Origin: Toensbergia leucococca
Lineage: Eukaryota
NCBI GenBank assembly: GCA_022813965.1
Contig: JALDZS010000006.1
Location: 186,001-250,000, forward strand
Direction: 5' to 3'
Length of the DNA stretch: 64,000 nt
The stretch's first letter is position 1. Each line of letters opens with the position of its first letter. The translations under genes and the position numbers were made by a program. The notes beneath the pieces are model-generated. The model was not told the origin of the DNA. It did not search any database and was given only the letters and a program-made list of their open reading frames with translations. Of this stretch, positions 1 to 12,300 are shown in pieces.

Positions 1-404
1 TGGTCCATCATACTTATCAAACCATCATCCGTAGATAGGTTGATCTCAAAGTACGGATAATATGATGCTATGCTGTCGTAAAATCAAGAAAATATAGAAT
101 ATCGTCCGAGAATATTCTGATAAAAGACTCGGTTGCCCCTCACAACCAGATCATCAACACACACTCCCCGCCCTCCAACACCCCTTTCCCCCACCACTGA
201 AACCCGAAACCCTCACTACAAAACCCAAACGCCTTCCCAAACCCATCTTCCCAATCACTCCCTCACCTCCTTCCTACCACAACAACAAACCCAACCCACC
301 CCAACCAAACCCACCACCCACATCCTCTCGCAACCCCACCCACGTCCTCCTCTCACAACCACACACCACCCCCCCCCCCCCAAAAAAAACCAACAACAAA
401 AAAA

Positions 405-1177
405 ATGTCAACCCCAAACCCCCTCTCACCCCGCTCCCTCAACACCCCCACCCCACCCACCACCACAACCGCCTCTCCCCCCTCCCCACAACCCAGCACC
501 AAAGAACCCCAGCAACAGAACAACGCAGGCGCCGAGCCCCAAAAAACAATGGCCTACCACCGCCAAGTCCTGCAGAGCAAACTCAGCCAAGACAGGTGAA
601 TCCTCTCCTCCCCCACCCACAATCCAAACCTCCCATTTCACCAACTCATCCCCCTTCCCCCCTCTTCAACCAACCCATATCCTTGGAAAGGATGATCTAT
701 GAAAATGAAGAAGAGAGAAGGCTTTGCTGATAGGTGGGAAATATTTGTTGTGTTATAGTGATAAACAAAATTACGTCTCGCCCTCCGATACGATAATGTC
801 GCCCTGCACGGCCAAGCTCTCGGCGTACAAGAGCAAGCATTTTGGGAAGTGAGTCCTTTCTCTCTTTCTCTTTCCTTCATCCCCGTCTCCCCCCGCCTTC
901 CCCCTTTTCCCCCTCGGCCTCACAACATTACCTCTCGATACAAAACCCAGCATCAACTTGACCCTTCCATAACACAATTCCATCACCCCCCCCCCCCACA
1001 CACCTCTAGAGATGGGGAAAGAGTTGGAGGGCTGATTGATTTGGTTTGTTTGTTTTTGGCTACAGAGCGAAACCGCAGTCTTTGTTTGCGAAGACGGCGA
1101 GTAAGGGCCTGGAGGGCGGGAAGGATGGGGTGAATGAGAAGGAGGGTGGGGAGGTGGGGGGAGAGAAGAAGATTTGA
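405..1177 (+). CDS. SPO12: Spo12-family protein (mitotic exit/FEAR regulator), 3 exons (405-595, 759-848, 1066-1177)
   Basis: Manual splicing at GT-AG sites gives ...TMAYHRQVLQSKLSQD-SDKQNYVSPSDTIMSPCTAKLSAYKSKHFGK-AKPQSLFAK...; YVSPSDxIMSPC(S/T)xKL is the Spo12 signature. The ORF track shows only exon 1. Confidence 0.88.
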
Positions 1178-1498
1178 GGGGTTTGATTGGGAGGGATAGG
1201 GTGTAGACAGGGGAGATATCATCGGAAAGTGCATTTTGCAGAGGTGGGGGGTTTGGAGTGGTGCATTTGGTTTGCGGTGGGTGGCATTGCTGCTGGCGTT
1301 TGTTACATTTTGAGGGGGGGAAGGGGGAGGGGGTGTTGATAGAGAGTTATGCGGTCAATGAATTACTGGATTTATTTTCATGGGGGTTGGGATCAATGGT
1401 GAGAGGATTGTGTGTTTTTGGAAATTCGTGTCCTGCATTCTCTGTCTTGTAGGTGGTGTCTATGTATGATAACACGAGAATCCGCTCCTCTGGTGCTT

Positions 1499-3239
1499 CT
1501 ACTCCATTGGCTTTCGGCCGTAAACGACATGCCTACAAAATCGTGGTCAATCAGCTCCGCTTCCCCCACCCCACCTCCATTACTTCGGGTAGAATAGAAG
1601 TAAAGTAAACTAAAAGAAGCGTGGAATTTGAATTCTTTAAAAGACTCACAGGTGAATCATGCTATGAATAGCTGGATCCTGGAGCTCAGCTCGGATCTTG
1701 GAGCAGACGACCTCGACTTCTTTGACGCTGTAGCCCAGTTTGCGCGTGAAGAGTGCGTAGGTGAATGCTTCGAGGCCGGAGCTGATTTGCAGCTTGTTCC
1801 AGGCGCCGACTTTTTTCTTTGGTTGTTGAAGGTGGCAAAGGTTTAGTTCATTGAAATGCATGGAGAGGGAATTAGGGAAGGGAGTGGAAATTCAAGGGAA
1901 ATAGATGCTTAGCTTTTCAATGTACTTACCAAGTGTTTGTCAGCTGGCCAGGTCCCGATGGGTAAAACGATCTTCTCGTGGTGAAGATCGATGAATCCGG
2001 CTTCTTTCGCCCAGCCTTCTAGCCGTGGGCCAGGGCACGGTTCCACGTTTGCCGCTCGCGAGGCTCTCAGGAATTCGGAGTTGAAGATCTTGATGGCATG
2101 CTTGGGAGTCAGGGAGCCATCGGGAGACGTGTATTCAAAGTCCAAGTCAACGAACTCGGTCCAGCAGCCTGGCTTGGTGAATCTGAGGAGCGCACACACG
2201 CGCGGAGGCGGGAGGCTCAGTCGAAATTTTTGTGGGTTGTGTGTGGTGTGTTTTTTTGGGAACTTACTTACTCGAAGCATTGTTGGACGAGGCGAGGCCA
2301 ATTGTAGATGGCGTTGCCCATGCAGCGGCAGTGGATGTAATCAAATTTTTGGCTGTAGGTCCAGTCGGCTTCAGCGTCGTCGACTTCGAATCGGACGTTT
2401 GGAGGGACCCTGAGGTTTTCCTTTCAGAATTTGCTGTTTGTGAAATGGGTACAACAAAAATACCAGTGAGGCTGTATGGGGCTGAGATCGTTGCCAAGAA
2501 TCTGGATTGAGGCTTCAATTGAGCTGTTCACTCTGATCACCTTGACTTCAGGATGATCAGTACCTCAGCTGCTGGGTACTTGTCGCCTGTCATGCTTTAC
2601 GTTAATATAGAGCACCTCTCACGCTTCTCGGATGCCTCATCAATGTTGTGGAGACCATACCTATTTCAATAGCCCATGAACCAGTCCCCGTTCCTATGTC
2701 CAGGATTCGTTGCGAGCCCTTTCCAATCGGTGCCCGGTGCAATTTACCCCCCAAGCTGACTTCAATCATCTTGTGCATAATGTCAAGACGCTCAATTTCT
2801 TGCTAGAGTTGGAGTCAACGACAAAATAGAGGTCTTTGGGTCTCTTTACACAATACTTGGTCGTTGGGGTAATAATAGCCTGAAAGCCCAATTCAGTCCA
2901 GAAGACAGTACTGTAATGTCGATATTCACATACTCCCTTTTTTGTATGCGTGGTATCTCCGCCCATTTTCGACTTTATAGTCGGTGATATCGGATGTCAA
3001 TGGGGTTGTAAAGCTCTCCCTAATTGCCGTATACAACTAAAATTACTTTTACTCTCTAACGGTCTCCACGATACTTTGCCACGTACACTTCGGGGTCGGA
3101 TGAGGAGAAGGGGTCTCGGCCATACTGGGTCACGAATAAGCAAAGTCATGAACAAGGACCTCGCTAGATGTAGGCATACATTACTGGCATTAAGATTAGA
3201 TTCCACAGCAATGGTTGATGGGTTCGCTATAGCGGCCAT
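1499..3239 (-). CDS. SAM-dependent methyltransferase, LaeA-like/TAM-domain family (Methyltransf_23), multi-exon
   Basis: Spliced exons give ITDYKVENGRRYHAYK, YPNDQ..EIERLDIMH, RILDIGTGTGSWAIEI (motif I), ILGNDLSPIQP, VPPNVRFEVDDAE, FDYIHCR, KPGCWTEFVD, LPIGTWP and HVVYGRKP*. Confidence 0.92.
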
Positions 3240-4316
3240 GATGTGCAATCTCGGAGGATCTTTCTAAGATGTTGTTGTAAAGAGATGGAAGTAATTTGAT
3301 ACTCAGCAAAGTAACAGGCATCGAGTGGATGGCGTGCAGGCTGGGTAGGCTTCGATTGGCTCAACGACTAAAAGATGGAGGTGCAGTAGGTAGGTAGCAT
3401 GAAAGGTTAGCAAAACGCTTAGTTGCAGAATGAATGCAGGCATAGATAGGCGGGCATGCTCCATCGGCTCCATGGGTGTGCTCGGCGCCCCCACGTCGCG
3501 GAGGAGTACTACAATATCTAGCCGGGCTTGATGGATTTTGAAGGGCTTTGTCGGCGGATAGAAGGACCATATGGATGGAAAGAAGGCTTGGAAGTCGTAT
3601 CACCCTGCTAGACTTGATGTAAAGCGGAGTGTAGCTCGTATTTTTCAGATAGGAAGTCGATAGGGTTAGGGCTACTCCGTACGGATATGCTAACGGGCCG
3701 ATGAAAGAGCAGAATAAGGTAGGTAGCCAATCAGAATCATTGATGTTGATTTTACTGAATCAATCTCGAATTTGCAGGAGGATTGCATACGAGTACGAGT
3801 AGCTGAATAAGGATTCAATCAGTGGGGCATGTGAAATAGAATAAGTATTGAGCAGTATCCCACCAAAAGTACCGATATGCTACATCAGGAGAGGAGTAAA
3901 GCCTTATCCATATATGACATTTAAATGAACTAGAATATCGACGCACTTGTTCATTTTTCTCCACAACTCTTGGCCCGCTTAGCGTGAGAGCGTCTAGCCT
4001 TGCTGCACGGTTCAGGTACGAGATGCACGCCACCAACGGTACCCGTAAGATATTTTGCTAGGTTAAGCGGTCCAACATGAAGTTTTGCATCTTGAGACCT
4101 CATCACTAAAATGTGACGGTGGAAAATTTATTCTATCATAGAATCTACATCAAATTGGTAGAGACTACTAAGTAAAACTGCTCACTTTCTACATTCATCT
4201 ACTGTCTCAAGTCTTGTCAGTATTATGAATAGTCTTCCCACTCTAAAATTCATGCGTTCAATAACAAAAATGTCTGTTCATGAAATACTAAATTCTTGAA
4301 GGATATCGTGCAGTCA

Positions 4317-7300
4317 ATGGATCTCCCCGACCCCACAATCGATTTAAACTGGGGTGGTTGGGTTGGTTCAATCAACTCCTTATTCGAGAAGAATGCAAAA
4401 GCTCATCCCGAGAGACTGTGCGTTGCAGGTATGCCACCCTTCTCTGAGAGCATAATTGAAACCAGGTGCCTCATGTGCAGAATAACACTGACTGTAATCA
4501 AGAGACCGCATCAACTTCTTCTCCACGGAGAGAATTCAACTATCGGCAGATCAATGAAGCCTCCAACATTCTTGCACACCATCTAGTTCAAAATGGAATT
4601 GAAAGGGGAGAAGTCGTCATGGTAAATCTGAACTCGAATGTCGTTATGTCTCTATTAATGCATTGACTGCAGTGCTATGCATATCGCGGTGTGGATTTGG
4701 TAGCGCGCCTCATCCAAAGATCCCCATCTCTGCTATTAATACTTGCTCATAGGTCGTCGCAGTCATGGGTATACTCAAGGCGGGCGCCACGTTTTCTGTT
4801 ATCGATCCGTTGTATCCACCAGATCGCCAGATTGTGTATCTTGATGTAGCACGTCCACGAGCTCTGGTAGTGATTGAGAAAGCTACGCAGGAAGCCGGAG
4901 GACTCTCAGAAGCAGTCAGAACATATATCTCAAAGAACTTAATCCTTAAAACAGAGCTATCGAGCCTAATCCTACAAGACGGGGGTACTTTATTTGGCTG
5001 TTCGGCTAGTAATGACCGTAATGTTCTCGAAGATCAAATACTTCTAAAAGACAGGAGTCCGAATATCACACTTGGACCCGACGATATACCAACTTTATCT
5101 TTCACTTCTGGATCCGAAGGCCGGCCAAAGGGTGTTCAGGGGCGACACTTTTCTTTGGCTTATTATTTTCCTTGGATGTCAAAGCGCTTTAATCTCACAA
5201 AGGATGACCGTTTCACCATGTTATCAGGCATTGCTCATGACCCAATCCAACGCGACATCTTCACACCTTTGTTCCTCGGAGCTCATCTTTTGGTTCCCTC
5301 CAAGGAAGATATCCAGCACGAGAAGCTTGCTGAGTGGATGCGAAAAGAGAAAGCAACTGTTACCCACCTGACACCAGCGTGAGAAAGCATAAATGATACA
5401 GTCTCGCTATCGAATCGCTAATGAAACATAGCATGGGACAGATCCTCATGGGTGGAGCATCTGCAATCTTTCCTTCGTTGCACCATGCATTCTTCGTTGG
5501 AGGTATACTATGATCCCAATCCTATACCCTGGAAATCAGAATCCACTTTAACACAGATTGAGTAATCTAGACGTACTCATCAAACGTGATTGCCATAAAC
5601 TCCAAGGATTGGCACCTAATGTCTACATCATCAACATGTACGGGACTACGGTAAGAGGAGTGCTCCACACTCTTGACAACTCAACTTAATCTAGAAGTAG
5701 GAGACCCAGCGAAGTGTGAGCTATTTTGAGGTTCCAAGCCACAACAGCAAGCCTTCTTTTCTCCACGCACTGGGAGATGTCATACCAGCTGGCAGAGGCA
5801 TGAAAAATGTGCAACTGCTAGTAGTAGATCGGGAGGACAAAATGAAAATATGCGGTCCAGGGGTTGTCGGGGAAATATACGTCCGAGGTAAGATGGATAC
5901 GCTATAAGTGAAGCATTTCAGGCCGCATCTGACATGAATTAAGCTGGCGGGTTGGCAGAGGGTTATTTAGGTCTGGATGATCTTACAAATACCAAATTCA
6001 TATCCAATTGGTTTGTGGATTCACAAAATTGGACAGAGGAAGATGAACGGGCAAGAAAGGGGCGAGGACAGGAGCCATGGAGAGAGTATTACAAAGGACC
6101 TCGCGACCGCTTATATCGCTCCGGGGACTTGGGTACTTATATGGACGACGGAAATGTGGCTATTACAGGCCGTGCTGACGATCAGATCAAAATTCGAGGA
6201 TTTCGCATTGAGTTGGGCGAAATCAATACGTATCTCTCGCAACACCCTTTGATACAAGAAAACATAACGCTTGTCCGCCGCGACAAAGATGAAGAGCAAA
6301 CGCTATGTAGTTATTTTGTTCCTGATATGGCAAAATGGCCCAATTGGTTACAGCAAAGAGGCTTGACTGAGGATTCCAATCATACTGCAATGAACGGGCT
6401 TACCAACGGTGTAAATGACGCTTCAATGGAGACCATGCTTAGACGATTCCAAGCACTTCGAGACGATATCAGGGAGCATCTCAAGACTAAGCTCCCCAGC
6501 TATGCCGTCCCAACTGTCTTTGTACCACTCATTAGGATGCCCATCACTCCAAACGGCAAGGTCGACAAGCAAGCTCTTCCGTTCCCAGAACCTTCACAGC
6601 TAAGCATTACCGCCCGAAGACCATCCTTCAACCAGGCGGCACTATCGCCCACAGAGAAGGTCGTTGCAGAAATATGGGCCCGCCGCATTCCTCATGTCAC
6701 CGCAGCAAAGACTCTCAGTCCTGACGATTCATTTTTTGACCTAGGTGGCCACAGTCTGTTGGGGCAGCTCGTGCTATTGGACGTGCGAAAGAGGTATCAG
6801 GGTATCAATCTTTCCTTGGGTGCTTTGTTTCAATATCCTACGCTTAGAGCTTTCTCCACCGAGATCGACAGAGTTCAGGATCCAATTGGGCTGCGCTTTG
6901 ATGCTGGCAACGAGCCCGGTCCCGCCTCGCAAAATGAGTACTACTCTAGCGATGCTAAGAAGCTGGCGAATAGTTTGCCAGTGTCTTTTCCCTCTAGCAT
7001 ACTGAACCTTTCGGCACCTCTGACAATACTTCTGACAGGCGGGACCGGGTTCCTCGGCGGGCATATCACTGATGTGCTAAGTCGATTTGACGTCCGGATC
7101 AGTAGAATCATCGTCCACGTCCGAGCCAATACCAAGCAGGCTGGTCTGAAGCGAATTAGAAATACCTGCACCGCGTATGGGCTGCTTTGCGACGCCCGAG
7201 TCGAGTGTATCGTGGGAGATCTCGCCAAGCCTAGACTTGGCTTAGAGCCGGAAGTCTGGGATGATTTGGCAAAGGTAAGATAGCTCAGTGAGGTCTTTTT

Positions 7301-8516
7301 CTCCATGTACCACCACTAATTTATCTTCACATATTCCAGGACGTGGACGTTATCATACACAACGGCGCTAAGGTAATAACCACTCTGATTTGGGATAAGT
7401 AGAAAGGAGCTTTGTTTGGAACACCGGATGAACCTTAGGCTATAGCAATGAAGCCTTCTGGAGCTATACTGAAATCTCACAGGTACACTGGGTTCTTGAT
7501 TATGCGAGTCTATGGGCCTCGAACGTGCAGTCTACCATTGAATTGATTTCGCTATGTGCGACTGGGAAATCCAAGCAGATGGCATTCGTTTCCAGTACCT
7601 CGACGCTTGACACGGAACACTATTTAGATCTAGGAGCTCGTATATCGGCTTCTGGGGGCAGAGGCGTTCCTGAAGGAGATAATCTGGAGGGAAGCTCCGA
7701 GGGACTGGGAACGGGATATGGACAATCAAAGTGGGTCGCCGAGTACTTGATGCGGGAAGCGGGAAAGAGAGGTATGAAAGGAGTGATCTTGCGACCAGGC
7801 TACGTTACCGGGGAATCTAAAAGGGGAACTGCAATCACTGATGATTTTTTGGTAAGTGGCAATCAATTGGTAGGTTGTGCTAGGGGAACTTCCTAATGCA
7901 TGAAAATCAACAGGTCCGTCTCCTTAAAGGATGTATCCAGCTCTCGTCATATCCGACTTTGGGAGATGGCAATTTCATAAATATGATGCCCGTAGACGGA
8001 GTCGCTCAGATTTGCGTAGCAGCGGCTATCTACCCGCCTACGCCTTTGACTGTGGTACATGCCACAAGTCGGACAATGACCTTCAATAATTACCTTGGCA
8101 CCCTCTCGACCTACGGCTATGCAGTACCAAGAGTGCCATACGAAACTTGGAAAGCGTCCGTGGAACGATACGTGGCCGCTCCAGCAGAAGAGAAAACAGA
8201 TGAGTATGCGTTGCTACCATTGTACCACTTCGTCGTGTCAGACCTACCAAGTAACACTCAAAGCCCCGCGTTGAACAGCGACAACGCCAAAATTGTCCTC
8301 GGGTCGAGTAGGAAAATTTCATCTAGCGACGCTGAGCAAAAGGTTGGCTTTGAAGTAACGGAAGAGCTCGTAGGCACCTACATTAGCTATCTCTGTGAGC
8401 TTGGCTTCATTCCTCGACCACCTGATGGCAAAGGCAAACCCCTACCAAAGGTCGAAATTCATGCCGAGCAAAAGGAAGCGCTGAGTAACGTTGCAGGACG
8501 TGGAGCAATCTCTTGA
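4317..8516 (+). CDS. LYS2: L-2-aminoadipate reductase (NRPS-like A-T-R), 10 introns, ~1,185 aa
   Basis: N-terminal [11 protein letters not shown]-domain motifs [60 protein letters not shown] domain [10 protein letters not shown] domain [10 protein letters not shown] and [10 protein letters not shown]. Confidence 0.96.
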
Positions 8517-9341
8517 TGCCAGGGGCTTGGGATTGAGCAGTGTGTGACAGATTAAAGCGACATAAGCAAAATATAGGGTCATTGGGTGCCACAAGACAGT
8601 TTAAACATTGTAAAAGAACGTTGCCTTTCTTTTTTTTTATAAAGACGAAGATTCTGCTTGTCATGATTGACATTCCAAATACTGCGGCCCGAATGTGCGT
8701 CGAAGAGCAGCAGGGTTGACAGTTTTCAGCCAATACTTGACAATATTCTTTGAAGACTTGGGCGCAACTAGCATCCACCTTCAAGCCTTGTGTGACACTC
8801 CCAGAGTTGGGTCTGATCCCGGCAAACGTGGGGTAGAAGTAGAATAGTCACACCACAGCTGGAAATAGAAATCTCGATCGCAATAGTGACTATCGGAAGG
8901 GGATTTGAGCACAGGCAGATGTAGGATTTTTACATAGTTGGGTTTCATGCCCTGCACCTATTCTATTGAGACCAGCTTCCATCGACTTACAGGACTCTGA
9001 CGTCGCAAAGGCATTGAAGATGAGCAAGGTACACAGTAGACGGTCGGTCGGCCAGAAGGGTGATGGTTTGTGCGGTGACATGCCGGAGCTGCTGCTTGAG
9101 GCTGCATAAAGATGCTTATGCACGGGAAAGGGCGCCCGTTTGGTGGTTGACCCCACTTGTGACGGCGGAAATACGCGAGGAGCTTGACCGCTATGGGCAG
9201 CTCCAAAGCAACCTTCATGGCGCCTCATTTGTGAGTCAGTATTCTACGCTGCACTTTTTTATTTGATGAAAAGCTCTTGCTGCCGCCTTGTTCCTCAACG
9301 AACCGGTCTGCTCGTTCTTCTTCACACGCCGTCTGCCTAAC

Positions 9342-12300
9342 ATGTACGGGCGCTGTGGTGAACCGATATGGAGGAAAGATGATTTCATCACTTGTTTCCA
9401 GAGAGAGTAGGCAATTGTCGCATCCTCTTTAACTGTCTCCTATATTGACAACGTATAGCTACCTCCAAATTCTGTTGCCTCTTGTAGCCTGCGGCGTATC
9501 CTTTCTCTACCTCTCCATACAATCAATTCGATATGCAACCAACCGGCCCGCTAAAAACGGCCATGGACAGCTTGACGTTCCAAATGAGATTGGGAGCAGT
9601 GGCCCAGATGACGAAGGTGATCGATTGAAATTACAGAAGACAATCAGCCGTGCGAATGAGTCTGTAGTTGAAGTCAATCATCCTAGGGGAGAAAAAGTCT
9701 TGGTGATCGTTGAGGTACTGGGATCTTTGGGCGAGGTAGCCATCAGCCTCGCTGCTCTCCTGACAGATGCTTGGGGCCGCAATGGGAAGCTCGCTGCAAT
9801 TGCAGGCCTAGTCACCTGGGGCTACATCTTAAGTCTTGTGTCACTCAGGTTACTCCTCCCCAATGTCAAGCAGACCCCGCTCCGAAAGCTATGGTACCAC
9901 ACTGCCACTTTGTACGGATTACAATGGCTATTCACGGTGCTTTTATTTCGATCTGCCTTTATACATCCACGTTCGCAGCGCGCTCAGGGTCTCATGATCG
10001 CAGACTTTGTCCTGGCCACTCTACTTTTCATTATCGCCATTACAACTCGCAAGGGAAACAAAGTTGTTGTGCTAGAGTACGAGGACGATCTTGAGCCTTC
10101 AAAGGAGCCTCTTGCCAGTCTCTTTTCTGTTGCGACATTTGGCTGGGTTGATGCTATAGTCTCCCAGGGGTATAAGCAAACTCTTGAGCTCACCGACGTC
10201 TGGAACTTAGCGCCCAGAGATAAAGCTGCGAATCTTCTAGCGGACTTTAGACAGGTCAAGAAAACCTCTAAACTAGCATGGCATCTATTGAAATACTTTA
10301 GGCAAGGTCTACTGATACAGGCAGGGTGGGCCTGCTTTTCAGGCTTCTTCACTTTTGCGCCAACTCTGCTATTGAAGGTAATCCTGGAGTATGTGGAGAA
10401 TCCTAGCCAGACCCCGATCAACGCTGCTTGGTTCTATGTTATATTACTGGCGGTATCAAGCTGTGTTCAGGCACTTGCGGATGGGCAAGCGTTGTGGATG
10501 GGCCGCAGGATCTGCATCCGGCTCCGCGCTGTAATAATCGGCGAGATCTATGCAAAGGCTTTAAGACGTAAAGCCGCTGCCGGGACTGACACGATTTTAG
10601 GAGACAAGAAGAAGTCGGATGATGCAGCAACGCCGAAAAAAGGGTTCAAGGAAAAGTTCATGTCTTTCGGCCGTAGGAAGAAAGCCGAACTAAAGACAAA
10701 CAAGGATACTGCCCCAGCCAAAGATACCACCGACTCCCAAGTCAATACTGGTACAATCATCAACTTGATGGCGGTAGATTCGTTCAAAGTCAGTGAAGTC
10801 AGTGCCTATCTGCACTTCTTATGGGCTAGTACTCCTGTCCAACTTGTTATGGCTGTCACTTTGCTGTATCGAATCCTGGGCTATAGCTCAATTGCAAGCA
10901 TCGCGGTCATGATCCTGGTCACGCCATTGAACATATTCATTGCCAAGCAATTCAGCTCAACACAAAAGAAGGTCATGGCCGCCACGGATGCTCGGATTCA
11001 TACCACTAATGAGGTATTGCAAAACATCAGAATCATAAAATATTTCGCGTGGGAACAACGCTTTGGCCAGATTGTCAATGACAAACGAAGAGCTGAGTTA
11101 CGAGCTCTTCGCAATCGCTACATACTTTGGGCATTTGCAGCAACAGTGTGGTATGGTGTACCTCTGCTCGTCACCTTCTCATCCTTTCTTCTATATACTG
11201 TTGTTGAGAAGAAGGATTTGATTCCTTCCGTAGCCTTTACGGCCCTTTCACTCTTCAGTATCCTACGTATTCCTCTAGATCAACTCGCAGACATGATTGC
11301 TCATGTACAAGAGGCCAAAGTATCCGTGGATCGGGTCGAGGAATTCCTGAATGAAGATGAAACAGAGAAGTATACACAGCTTCTTCATGAATTTGATAGC
11401 AAAGATGGCGATCCAATCATTGGTTTCGAAAATGCAACATTCACTTGGGGCGGGAAAGACGCTGAAACTCAGGATGGATCAGCTGCGTTCCGTATGATCG
11501 ATCTGGACATAAGGTTTCACCCAGGACGCCTCAATATCGTTGCTGGACCTACTGGATCTGGCAAGACTTCTCTCCTCATGGCGCTCTTAGGAGAGATGAC
11601 TCTCTTGAATGGTTCAGTGTTTCTACCAGGAGGTCAGAGTCGCGAAGAACTCAGACCAAACCCAGAGACTGGTTTGACAGAAAGTATAGCCTACTGCGCT
11701 CAACAAGCATGGCTTGTCAATGATACCATCAAGGAAAACATACTTTTTGCTTCTCCTTGGGATGAAGGGCGTTATAAGAGTGTCATTGCAGCCTGTGCAT
11801 TAGAGAGGGACCTGGAGATTCTTGATGCTGGCGATTCTACCTTGGTTGGAGAAAAGGGCATCACACTCTCTGGAGGACAGAAGCAGCGCATTTCCCTGGC
11901 TAGGGCGCTCTACTGCAATTCACGACATATCCTGCTAGATGACTGTCTCAGTGCAGTCGATTCACACACCGCAAAGCATATTTTCGAACATTGTGTCATG
12001 GGGCCGTTGATGCTTGCTAGAACCTGCATTCTAGTAACACACAATATCACGCTTTGTGTACCCCAGTCTCATCATGTTGTTGCGTTAGCGAACGGCAAGA
12101 TTGCGGCTCAAGGCTCTCCTAACAAGGTCATGTCTTCAGGGGCACTAGGTGACGAAATCCTCAAGTCGAAGCCAACCTCAAAGACTGATACTCCTTCTCG
12201 AGTTGATTCCACACCTCAACTTGATAACGAGGCTAACAAAGACTCGAAAAGCCACACCAAAAAGGGCAATGGCCACGCAAACGGATCGTCCAGCGATCCA

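Noticed and set aside
133..702. 189-aa Pro/Thr/His-rich ORF
   Set aside because: Artefact of C/A-rich low complexity; it overlaps the real Spo12 exon 1 in another frame.
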